DNA from: an uncultured bacterium
Lineage (GTDB): Bacteria > Verrucomicrobiota > Verrucomicrobiia > Verrucomicrobiales > DEV007
Direction of reading: 5' to 3'
NCBI GenBank assembly: GCA_963977015.1
Contig: CAXBMO010000034.1
Span: forward strand, 1 to 55,900
DNA: 55,900 nucleotides
A program made the translations under genes and the position numbers. Positions within the stretch are counted from its first letter, which is position 1. Each line of letters starts with the position of its first letter. Under the pieces are notes generated by a model. That model was given only the letters and a program-made list of their open reading frames with translations. It was not told the DNA's origin and did not search any database. Positions 9,699 to 18,292 of this stretch are shown here, piece after piece.

Positions 9699-9959
9699 CT
9701 ACAGGACTTCCGCTCGGTGGGTGAATTCAATTCCCCCGGCGTGACGAACCGCGTTCATCCCGTGTTTTTCGGCGAAAAGATGGAGCTCGCTGTCGCTGAG
9801 GCGAGAAAACCATTTCAACTCAGCCGGATGATGCATGGTGTAGGTGTTCGCCCATCCCACTTTGCTGCGAACACGTTCTGCGATCAAGTCCATCGGCGAG
9901 CTGGTTTCCGAGGTCACCCCACTCCTTGTGATCTTTGAATGGTAGTCGGTCATGTTCAT
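9699..9959 (-). CDS. Small hypothetical protein (86 aa)
   Basis: ATG ORF filling the gap, divergent from the NarL gene, preceded by the recurrent motif. Confidence 0.55.
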   Translation of the reverse strand: MNMTDYHSKITRSGVTSETSSPMDLIAERVRSKVGWANTYTMHHPAELKWFSRLSDSELHLFAEKHGMNAVRHAGGIEFTHRAEVL

Positions 9960-10041
9960 GGTTTACAGGTTCAGTGAAAGTGTACTAAACTAATCGAATG
10001 GCCGAAGGCAAAATGGAATAAGGAAGTCCCGGATGTGGAAC

Positions 10042-10056
10042 TAGGAAAATTTCGTA
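10042..10056 (-). promoter_or_regulatory. Candidate NarL/LuxR-family site (TAGGAAA-A-TTTCGTA; TACG-N7-CCTA on minus)
   Basis: Near-perfect 7-1-7 inverted repeat in the divergent promoter region. Confidence 0.6.
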
Positions 10057-10236
10057 CATCATGTCATTCAGTTTAGTAGCAATTGATACACGTTGGCACA
10101 CATTGCTTCTGTTCTGCCCGGTCGCATAGTGATGGGAGATGAAAAGGCTTTTCTACCCATGCAAGACGATCACCCTCACGGGTGAATTGTCAGAGTCATT
10201 TGGATCTCTTTAAGAATCCAGAGTCACCGTTTACCA

Positions 10237-10896
10237 ATGGCTAAGAAACAGATCTTCATTGTTGATGACCACGCCGTCGTGCGATACGGGCTTTCGGCAC
10301 TGATCGGCGCGCAGTCCGATATGGAAATTTGTGGGATGGCAGGGAGTGCCAGCGAAGCCCTGGATCTGGTGAGAAAATTGAAAACAATGCCAGATCTCGT
10401 CGTTAGCGATCTCACGCTGCCTGACCACAACGGCCTGGAGCTGATCAAGGATCTGAAAGCGCTCGACCCGAAACTGCCAGTCTTGATGATGTCGATGCAT
10501 GACGAGCTTCTCTACGCGGAGCGTGTTCTCAAGGCCGGCGGTCGCGGCTACCTCATGAAGGAGCACTCGGAAAACGTCGTCCCGGCCATTCGCCAGATCC
10601 TGAGGGGCACCCCCTATGTCAGCCCGGCGGTCACGTCCCATTTCCTGGAGTCTCTCGCGGGAGGCGAGTCGCAGCACTACAGCTTTCCGCTCAAACGGTT
10701 GACGGACCGCGAACTGGAGGTCTTCGAGTTGATTGGGCAAGGTAAGGCGACCGAACATATCAGCACCCAGTTGAACATCAGCCCGCGAACGGTCGATGCC
10801 CACCGCACCCACATTCGTGAAAAGCTGGGCCTGGCCGACAGTAGCGCGGTATTGCGCTATGCGGTAAGGTGGCAGGCGGGCGAGGACCTGGAGTAG
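10237..10896 (+). CDS. NarL/LuxR-family DNA-binding response regulator
   Basis: IVDDH, phospho-Asp in VVSDL, GYLMK, LTDRELEV...TVDAHRTHI HTH. Confidence 0.95.
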   Translation: MAKKQIFIVDDHAVVRYGLSALIGAQSDMEICGMAGSASEALDLVRKLKTMPDLVVSDLTLPDHNGLELIKDLKALDPKLPVLMMSMHDELLYAERVLKAGGRGYLMKEHSENVVPAIRQILRGTPYVSPAVTSHFLESLAGGESQHYSFPLKRLTDRELEVFELIGQGKATEHISTQLNISPRTVDAHRTHIREKLGLADSSAVLRYAVRWQAGEDLE

Positions 10897-11015
10897 TTGG
10901 AGGCGCTGCGGATCCGCAAAAAAGGGCGAATATTGCCCGATCGAGCCCGTGGATTGTCGCTTGGTTGACGGGCGCGGCTTCCAGCGAGTAGAAGAGAATT
11001 CTGTCCACCCCGCCA

Positions 11016-12953
11016 ATGCCCGTTTCCTCCAGCCCTGATGAACCCCCGAAAGAGCGTCCGGATCTGAAGCTGAATGTTCACGGTGATGAGTCGCCGCGGA
11101 GCCCGTTGCATCTGATTTTGCTGATTCTGGCAGGAACGGTGGTGGTGATGTGGATCCTGCAGGTCGGGGTGACGAATGCGGTCGTCCGCCCGATCGCCTA
11201 CAGCGAATTCAAACAGCACCTGGGTGGCGGGGAGGTGATTGAGTGTTCGGTCCGGGAACAGGAAATCACCGGCAAAATCGAACTCAAAGAACCTGGGGGA
11301 GCTGCGGAAGACGAAAAGCCGTTCTATTTCCGCGCCGTGCGGATTGAGGACCCGGACTTGGTCAAGGAGTTGCAGGCCGCTGGCATCAAGTTCTCCGGCG
11401 TCAAGTCGAACCCACTCGCGACGACGCTGCTGATCTGGATGTTCCCGGTCATCCTGATTTTTGCGTTCTGGGTTTTCATGGCGCGCCGCATGGGCCAGGC
11501 CGCCGGCGGGGTGCTCAACATTGCCAAAAGCAAGGCGCGGTTCATCACGGCCAAGGAAACCGGAGTCAGCTTCAAGGACGTGGCCGGATGTGACGAGGCG
11601 AAGTTTGAGCTGCAGGAGGTGGTTCAGTTTCTGAAGGAACCGGAGCGGTTTCGTGAGTTGGGGGCGCGGATCCCGCGGGGCGTCCTGCTCGTCGGTCCGC
11701 CGGGAACGGGAAAAACGCTCCTGGCACGGGCGGTGGCGGGAGAGGCTGAGGCGCCGTTTTTTTCGATCAGCGGCAGCGATTTCGTGGAGATGTTCGTCGG
11801 GGTCGGCGCGGCGCGGGTCCGGGATTTGTTCGAGAACGCCAAGAAGCACGCGCCCTGCATCATTTTCATCGACGAACTGGACGCGATCGGCCGAACCCGC
11901 GGGGTGCACCTCGGCGCGGCGAACGACGAACGCGAGCAAACGCTGAACCAGTTGCTGGTGGAGATGGACGGGTTCGATCCGAACACCGGGGTAATCATTC
12001 TGTCCGCGACGAACCGGCCGGATGTGCTGGACCGGGCCCTGCTGCGGCCGGGCCGCTTCGATCGTCAGGTCGTCGTCGATGCCCCGGACGCCACCGGTCG
12101 TGAAGCCATCCTTAAAGTTCACTCCCGCAACAAGCCGCTCCACAAGGACGTGGACCTCGAAGCCATCGCCCGCTCCACGGCCGGGTTTTCCGGAGCCGAT
12201 CTCGCTAACGCGTTGAACGAAGCGGCGCTGCTCGCGGCGAGGCGGGGCGACAAGGCCATTCATCAGGACGATCTGGAAGAAGCGGTCGAAAAAGTCGTCG
12301 CCGGCCCGGAGCGCAAAAGCCGCCGGCTGGGGGAAACGGAGAAACGCCGGGTGGCCTGGCACGAAACCGGCCACGCCCTGGTCGCCGCCTACAGCGAGGG
12401 AGCGGAACCGGTCCAGAAGATCAGCATTGTTCCGCGGGGCCGGGCGGCGCTCGGTTACACCCTGCAGTGGCCCGAGGAAGAGCATTTTCTGCAGACGCGC
12501 GGCGAGTTGCTGGCCCGGATTCGCGGGATGCTCGGCGGTCGCGCCGCGGAGGAGATCGGATTTGACGAGGTTTCCACGGGAGCCTCCAACGACCTCGAAC
12601 AAGCCACCGCGGTGGTTCGGCAGTTGATCTGCAACTTTGGGATGAGCGAAAAAATCGGGCTGAGCAGCGTGGCAAGGCGCGAGGAATTCCTCCCGCCCCA
12701 GGATGGCGGCGTGCTCTACGATTGCAGTGAGGATACCGCCCGTGAAATCGATCTGGAAGCCAAGCGCATGCTCGACGAAGCGTATCAGGAAGCGATCGAC
12801 ATCCTGACGACCCATCGCGATCAGCTCGATTCCGTGGCCGGGGAGTTGATGGAGAGGGAGACGATCGATGGGGAGGACTTTTACCGGATGATCGAACGAC
12901 CTGGCCCCAAGGCGAAGTTACCGGACACCGATGCGGAACTGACCCGGGCCTGA
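11016..12953 (+). CDS. ftsH: ATP-dependent zinc metalloprotease FtsH
   Basis: Two TM segments, [42 protein letters not shown]. Confidence 0.97.
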   Translation: MPVSSSPDEPPKERPDLKLNVHGDESPRSPLHLILLILAGTVVVMWILQVGVTNAVVRPIAYSEFKQHLGGGEVIECSVREQEITGKIELKEPGGAAEDEKPFYFRAVRIEDPDLVKELQAAGIKFSGVKSNPLATTLLIWMFPVILIFAFWVFMARRMGQAAGGVLNIAKSKARFITAKETGVSFKDVAGCDEAKFELQEVVQFLKEPERFRELGARIPRGVLLVGPPGTGKTLLARAVAGEAEAPFFSISGSDFVEMFVGVGAARVRDLFENAKKHAPCIIFIDELDAIGRTRGVHLGAANDEREQTLNQLLVEMDGFDPNTGVIILSATNRPDVLDRALLRPGRFDRQVVVDAPDATGREAILKVHSRNKPLHKDVDLEAIARSTAGFSGADLANALNEAALLAARRGDKAIHQDDLEEAVEKVVAGPERKSRRLGETEKRRVAWHETGHALVAAYSEGAEPVQKISIVPRGRAALGYTLQWPEEEHFLQTRGELLARIRGMLGGRAAEEIGFDEVSTGASNDLEQATAVVRQLICNFGMSEKIGLSSVARREEFLPPQDGGVLYDCSEDTAREIDLEAKRMLDEAYQEAIDILTTHRDQLDSVAGELMERETIDGEDFYRMIERPGPKAKLPDTDAELTRA

Positions 12954-13156
12954 GCGCGAATTCAGTTCGTTTTCCGCTGGTAGGTTCTCATGAATTGTCC
13001 TTCCTCCAGAAGATGCCCATCCATGGCGTGGAACAGCGCGAATAATACGTGTAAAGGTGATTGGGCTCGTCAATCCGGTAACCGGCATAACCGAGATTCT
13101 GAGCCCCGCTGCGCAGGGATCAGCTGTGGAGTGTCAACAGGGTGTTCCTTCTGGAT

Positions 13157-14206
13157 TCAGCCTGCCGATGCCTTGCGTTTCGGAATGAGGCAATGTACCT
13201 CCGTTCCGCAGGTGTCACCGTTGGAGACCGAGAATCTGCCGCCAATGGCCCGGGCGCGATATTCCATGGTATGCAGCCCGATTCCGCTTCCTTTGTCCGC
13301 ATCGCTGATTCCGGTGCCATCGTCGTGAATCCGGAGCTTCGTTTCGTAATCCGTGCTCGTTAGCTCGATGTTGATTTCGGAACATTCGGAATGCTTCAAG
13401 GCATTGTTTACCGCTTCCTGGGCGATTCGGAACAGGTGATTGGCTACCAACTGATCGTGGACTTCCTGGGTTTCAGGGGCGACGCATTGGCAGCAAACCT
13501 TGCCGCTTCGCGATACTCCCCGAGCCAAATCTTCCAGTGCGCTTTTCAGGGAAGACGGGTGCGAGCCCACCGAATGAAGTCCCCGGGAAAGAGCCCGCGC
13601 CTGGACGATGGCCTCTTTGATTAATCCTTCGATTTCAAGCGCTTGCTCAGCTTCGTCCGGCCGATTCACGCTCTTCAGTTTGTCAGCCAGGACACAGCAG
13701 AGCAGTCCGATTCCGCCGAGCATCGATCCCAACCCATCGTGGATGTCCATCGCGATGCGTTGCTTTTCCTCCTCGCTGATCCGGATCACTTCCTGTTCCA
13801 AGAGGCGCATTTTCTGGTTCGCCTCGCGATTCTCGGCAATTCGCTGGAGACGTGCCCGGAGCAGCTCGGGATCGATTGGCTTGATCAGGTAATCCTCAAC
13901 CTGTTCGCGCAAGGCGGCGATGGTCCCGCAGATGTCGGAATAGCCCGTCGCAATGACGATGGCGATGTCAGGATCTCGCTCACGAAAGTCATGTAAAAAA
14001 TCGTCGATCACCCCGTCGGGCAGTCGCCGGTCCAGAATCACCGCCAGGAAGCGTTCCCAGTCCTCGCGTCCGAGGGCATCGCTGATGGTGCCAGAGGAGT
14101 CCGTTTCGTAGCCCTGTTGTCTGAGAAGCCGGGACAGGCTGGAAACGGTGTCAGGATCGTCGTCGACGATCAAAACAGCTTGGCGCAAGGGAGGGGTGTT
14201 GTTCAC
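13157..14206 (-). CDS. Hybrid receiver-histidine kinase (REC + HisKA_3 + HATPase), no sensor domain
   Basis: LIVDDD, ILDRRLPD, EKQRIAMDIHDGLG, QEAVNNALKHS, DDGTG; GTG at 14206 with AAGG RBS preferred over 14320. Confidence 0.9.
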   Translation of the reverse strand: MNNTPPLRQAVLIVDDDPDTVSSLSRLLRQQGYETDSSGTISDALGREDWERFLAVILDRRLPDGVIDDFLHDFRERDPDIAIVIATGYSDICGTIAALREQVEDYLIKPIDPELLRARLQRIAENREANQKMRLLEQEVIRISEEEKQRIAMDIHDGLGSMLGGIGLLCCVLADKLKSVNRPDEAEQALEIEGLIKEAIVQARALSRGLHSVGSHPSSLKSALEDLARGVSRSGKVCCQCVAPETQEVHDQLVANHLFRIAQEAVNNALKHSECSEINIELTSTDYETKLRIHDDGTGISDADKGSGIGLHTMEYRARAIGGRFSVSNGDTCGTEVHCLIPKRKASAG

Positions 14207-14301
14207 GTGACTTACCTTTACCCAAAACTCTTCGCTCAACGCCGTATGAAGCAATCGAAATTTCAGGCGGATCAGGTTGGGCTGGGGCCGCGTGGGTGGG
14301 G

Positions 14302-14316
14302 TGGTCAATTTTCGTA
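14302..14316 (-). promoter_or_regulatory. Degenerate copy of the TACG-N7-CCTA motif (TACGaaaattgACCA)
   Basis: About 95 bp upstream of the REC-kinase start, same orientation rule as the other copies. Confidence 0.35.
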
Positions 14317-14491
14317 CCAAGGAATTGGTCAGCGAAGGATGGCACCGATGGGCTGGTATTGATTGAATGACTTTCCCTTTCGTTGGCTGGCGCTGGGAAC
14401 GCCACGACCGGCAGGAACCTCAACTTGATGCCCCCATCTCGCTGATAGCTCCAGAACCAGAATTCTCGTCACTCTCTTCGGCGACCCGACG

Positions 14492-14506
14492 TACGTCGAT
14501 TTTGTA
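14492..14506 (+). promoter_or_regulatory. Degenerate copy of the motif (TACGtcgatttTGTA)
   Basis: 82 bp upstream of ATG 14589. Confidence 0.4.
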
Positions 14507-14588
14507 GGCACTGGTCTGCGAGTCGCTCATTGTGCCCGCCTTGGGCTTTGGTAGGATGAAACAAGGCCGGAGATCCGAGACCAAAAAC

Positions 14589-14936
14589 ATGCACACACCA
14601 TCTGCGCCAACCTTTGCCGATTCAGGAAATCTGACAGGCGAAATCCTGTCCTTCACTTTCCTGCCTCGGAAGGGGAAGGTTGGCTCCAAATCACCTGCGG
14701 TTCTGGTTCTCGTTCAATTGTTGGACGGGAGGATGGTGATGGGAACGATTGGCGAGATGGCGGAGGGTGAGGTGAAGATCGGGGCGCGCGTTCGCATGCT
14801 CGTTGATAACGAATCCGCAAACGGGGCGATCCGTTTCGAGCTCATTTGCGAGGCAAGAACGGGCCCGGAACGGGAATCCCGGCGCATCCCTCCCCAATCC
14901 CGGCACGCCAACGATCACGCTTTTCCGAAACTGTAA
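14589..14936 (+). CDS. Stand-alone DUF35-like OB-fold protein
   Basis: GEILSFT...PAVLVLVQLLDG.MVMG......EVKIGARVR pattern of the DUF35 C-terminal OB domain; no Zn-ribbon. Confidence 0.6.
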   Translation: MHTPSAPTFADSGNLTGEILSFTFLPRKGKVGSKSPAVLVLVQLLDGRMVMGTIGEMAEGEVKIGARVRMLVDNESANGAIRFELICEARTGPERESRRIPPQSRHANDHAFPKL

Positions 14937-14956
14937 ACTGCAAACAAACTCCTCTC

Positions 14957-16192
14957 ATGAATGAAACTCGAGAACAAATGGGCCAGTGGCTGGAAGCGCT
15001 GGGACCGGCCGGTCCGTGGCTAGGCGCGCTGGTTATCCTTGTCGTTGGCTGGCTTGCGAGTCTGGCGATCCGCTGGCTCGTCGTCCGCCTGCTCCATAAA
15101 ACCCGGTTGGATGAACGCATGGCCAATTCGTTGGGCCTGGAAGAAGCGAACACGGAGCGTGGAATTGGCAAATTCGTCTTTTACCTGCTCATGCTCTTCG
15201 TCTTCGTCGTGGCTCTGGATGCGGCCAAATTCTCGGCTGAAGCGACCGAGCCCCTGCGCGAACTGCTCACCGAGATTGTCGCCTTTCTGCCGAACCTGAT
15301 CGGCGCCGGCCTGCTGACCTTTGCCGCGTTTGCGCTGGCCAGCATTGTGCGAAGGCTGCTGCAGGGCGTGCTTCACGCCTCGCGTATCGACGAACGGCTT
15401 GGCCTCGGCAAGGAAGAGCGCCCACTTTCTGCGGCGCTCACCACCGTTGCATATTTTCTGGTGATCCTGCTGATACTTCCCGGCATTCTTTCGGTGTTGG
15501 GAATCGAAGCCGTGTCCAATGCGGTGGACCCGATCGTGGCGGGCATCATTGGTTACGTTCCCAACGTGATCGGCGGCGGCATCGTTCTCGCCGTCGGGAT
15601 TTTTCTGGCTTACATCGTGCAGAAGACGCTCGTATCCGTGCTGCAAGCCGCCAAATTCGACTCCATTCCTCAGAAAATGGGCCACAATGGCGAGCTGAAG
15701 TTTCTTGGCAGCCGGATGTCGACGGTCGTCAGCTATCTTGCCATGGTCACCGTCCTCATCTTCGTCGCGGCCCAAGCCATTGATGTGATGAATCTCGAAA
15801 TGCTCGGTGGCCTGGCGGGTCTGCTGGTGCGCGTCTGGGGCGGCACGATTCTCTTCCTGGCAGGGCTCTTTGTCGCCGGATTGGCGCGCAGTGCCATCAA
15901 ACCACACAGCGAGCGTTGGGCAGGTTTCGCTCATCTCGCCATCGCCATTTTTGTCGGCGGCATGGCCCTGCAGGCGGCGCAGTTGACTCCACTCAGCACG
16001 CAGACCGTGCAAGTGATCCTCTACGCGACGATTGGTGCTCTGGCCGTGGCCCTTGGCATTGGCGGCGCGGTGGCCGTTGGCATGGGCGGACGCCACACGG
16101 TGGAAACCTTCCTAACGCGAAGAATCGAACCTGAAATCAAGGAGCCTCCCATGCCGCAGCGTGGAACCCGGCCCGAAGCCCACAATGTGTAG
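14957..16192 (+). CDS. Conserved TM-helix repeat membrane protein (CmpX/MscS-associated)
   Basis: Repeated FLPNLIGA / YVPNVIGG TM-helix units; C-terminal ALGIGGAVAVGMGGR. Confidence 0.8.
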   Translation: MNETREQMGQWLEALGPAGPWLGALVILVVGWLASLAIRWLVVRLLHKTRLDERMANSLGLEEANTERGIGKFVFYLLMLFVFVVALDAAKFSAEATEPLRELLTEIVAFLPNLIGAGLLTFAAFALASIVRRLLQGVLHASRIDERLGLGKEERPLSAALTTVAYFLVILLILPGILSVLGIEAVSNAVDPIVAGIIGYVPNVIGGGIVLAVGIFLAYIVQKTLVSVLQAAKFDSIPQKMGHNGELKFLGSRMSTVVSYLAMVTVLIFVAAQAIDVMNLEMLGGLAGLLVRVWGGTILFLAGLFVAGLARSAIKPHSERWAGFAHLAIAIFVGGMALQAAQLTPLSTQTVQVILYATIGALAVALGIGGAVAVGMGGRHTVETFLTRRIEPEIKEPPMPQRGTRPEAHNV

Positions 16193-16286
16193 TGGTGCGA
16201 TCGGGGCAGCCATTGGACATCACAGGCAAAACCAAAAGGGCGATTACTGACGACCGCGAGCCAAGTAACTTCCCCCCTTCGTATAA

Positions 16287-16329
16287 GAGCCCGTCAGCTC
16301 AATCTGAGTCTGGCGGGCTCGATTTTTTT
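16287..16329 (+). terminator. Intrinsic terminator
   Basis: GAGCCCGTCAGCTCA/TGAGTCTGGCGGGCTC hairpin followed by T7. Confidence 0.7.
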
Positions 16330-16570
16330 GGGGAGAACCACTGAAGGGTTTTCGGCAGTTTGTAAAAAGAGCCGCGATGTTAGGGCGCGTTTGGGGGAGT
16401 CCCAATCTTCGCGACGTTCCCAATAGGCATCGTTGAACTGGTGTGGGACATGGAGCCACCAGATGCCGCGCCCCCTCCACCGCATTTGCGATGAGCTGGA
16501 GAATCAGCCACGGCCAGAAACCATCGATCGCGATCAATCCCAACGTTGCCATGGGGGCATGATTCACCGG

Positions 16571-17114
16571 TTAGGCTTGGAGAACGGTGGTCCCGACCGT
16601 TTCAGCGTCCTGTAAATCCATCCCGAGTTGGCAAAGCACCATTTCTTCAAGTTCAGACGCGTTGCGGAAGGTCACGCAGACAATCCCGCGTGATTCGACG
16701 TCCTGATTGAGGAATTCCACCTGGCGAAGCCGCTTCTCAACGGATTCGTCGTTGGTGTGGTCGAGTGGCGCATCAACGTCCGGTGCAAAGACCAAAAGTG
16801 ATCTGCCGTGATACTTCGCGAGGAGAAATTGCCACTGGGCGTAGGAATGGCGTTCGCGGGAAATCGCGGCAAACGGTGCCGCCTCCGTGGAATCCGGCTC
16901 GTTGCCGTATTGGTCGCCCAGCACGCAAATCACGGCGACGCTCTGACGGATGCAGGCGTCGATTTCCTGAAGCAGCGTTCCGGCGTCTGCGGACAAATCG
17001 TTTTGAGTTTTGAGGGACCATCCGCGCCGGCAAAGCCGTTGCGCCAGTGACTCCCGGTAGGAGCCAAACTCCCGGTCAACGGCACTGACTGGTAGGGGCC
17101 TCTCTTCCTTTCAC
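16571..17114 (-). pseudogene. DUF4062 (TIR-like) domain gene, apparently frameshifted near the 5' end
   Basis: Frame open 17110..16571: VSAVDREFGSYRESLAQRL..G....Q...IRQSVAVICVLGDQYG...SYAQWQF..A; no in-frame start before 16996; an out-of-frame GTG lies at 17114. Confidence 0.55.
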
Positions 17115-17169
17115 CCAAAGCCTGACCTGCAACGAAGTCTGGTGCCATCAGGATGAACGCTATCCAACC

Positions 17170-17184
17170 TAGGTATACAGCGTA
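17170..17184 (-). promoter_or_regulatory. TACG-N7-CCTA motif (minus: TACGctgtataCCTA)
   Basis: Exact consensus copy about 55 bp upstream of the DUF4062 gene. Confidence 0.55.
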
Positions 17185-17255
17185 CCGGGGATTGCCGGGG
17201 ATAACCGACCGGGAGTTGGTCGCAATGCACCGACTTCGGTTGTTCCGAACGCGCC

Positions 17256-17693
17256 CTAGTCCTTTGGCTTTTGGTCGATGTTTTCCTGCCAGGAAACTGC
17301 AGAATGGCCCGCACTCCGGTCAGATTCTCCCTCTCCACGTAGGAGTGCCATGACCCGGTCCAGATCGAGCGGTTTCGTCATCAGTTCGACCCGGCCTTTC
17401 TGGCAAGCCTGCGCCAGGACTTCTTGATTCGCCTCATCCAGCGACTCGGAAAACCCGGTCATGAGAATCACCCGTACTTCCGGGCGGGCTTGCTGCACCT
17501 CCAGGCAGGCGTCAATTCCGTTGAGGCGCGGCATGCGGACGTCCATGAGTATGGCGTCCGGTTCAAAGGTCAGATTCTTGGCGATAGCTTCTTCCCCGTT
17601 GCTGGCGGACTCGACTTGAAAACCAGCGCCCTTGATATTGCGCGCCAAGCTGGAGACCATGTCCGGATCATCGTCGACGATGAGGATTTTCAC
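17256..17693 (-). CDS. Single-domain response regulator (receiver)
   Basis: KILIVDDD, LMDVRMP, ILMTG, KP. Confidence 0.92.
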   Translation of the reverse strand: MKILIVDDDPDMVSSLARNIKGAGFQVESASNGEEAIAKNLTFEPDAILMDVRMPRLNGIDACLEVQQARPEVRVILMTGFSESLDEANQEVLAQACQKGRVELMTKPLDLDRVMALLRGEGESDRSAGHSAVSWQENIDQKPKD

Positions 17694-17700
17694 AATGAGG

Positions 17701-18099
17701 TCAGGTTACAGCTTGTGCCGATTGGACCTTCGGCTGCAGCGCCTCGAAAAGACGCTCCGGGTTGAGGGGTTTCTGGAGCACCAGGTAAGCGCCTGATTTC
17801 TGCGCCTGCGGCAGCAAATCGCAAGAGCCGCTCATGAGGATTGCCATCAGTTCGGGGTGAAACTGTTTCATCCGGGTATAGGCTTCGATTCCGTTCAGAT
17901 CAGGCATTCTGATATCCATCAGCACGATGTTTGGGCAAAACCGACGGACCGATTCGACGGCTTCGAGACCGCCATAGGCCTGTCCAATCTCGTAACCACG
18001 TTTCCTGAGAATGCGGGTTAGCCCTCGAACCATGTCGGGATCGTCATCCACGACCAATATTCTGCCCTTTGTTTGTTCCTCTACAACTTTCGATTCCAT
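17701..18099 (-). CDS. Single-domain response regulator (receiver)
   Basis: RILVVDDD, LMDIRMP, LMSG, KP. Confidence 0.92.
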   Translation of the reverse strand: MESKVVEEQTKGRILVVDDDPDMVRGLTRILRKRGYEIGQAYGGLEAVESVRRFCPNIVLMDIRMPDLNGIEAYTRMKQFHPELMAILMSGSCDLLPQAQKSGAYLVLQKPLNPERLFEALQPKVQSAQAVT

Positions 18100-18292
18100 G
18101 TCCGTCCGAAAGAAAAATTAAATCCAACAAGAATGCCCCGGCGTCCGCCGCTCCCCCCAAGAAAAGAGTCCTCCCAAGTTAGGCTCGGTATCCTGAGGTG
18201 ATACTATCCGAGACCAATTTACTATACTTGTTACCTTTTAGCAGGATGCTTTTCGGAATACAAGCTTCACTCTGCACTTTGCGTAAGAAATG

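Noticed and set aside
12960-13150. Short minus-strand open frame (…LGYAGYRIDEPNHLYTYY…) between ftsH and the kinase
   Set aside because: No start codon and no recognisable family.
16220-16285. CACAGGCAAAACC resembling the start of a c-di-GMP-I riboswitch ahead of a terminator
   Set aside because: It lacks the GAAA-capped P2 and the GACGCAAAGC/P3 elements, and it lies downstream of a gene.
16381-16392. Second MITE copy starting TAGGGCGCGTTT
   Set aside because: Only 12 bp match and no partner inverted end was found, so it is not called as an element.
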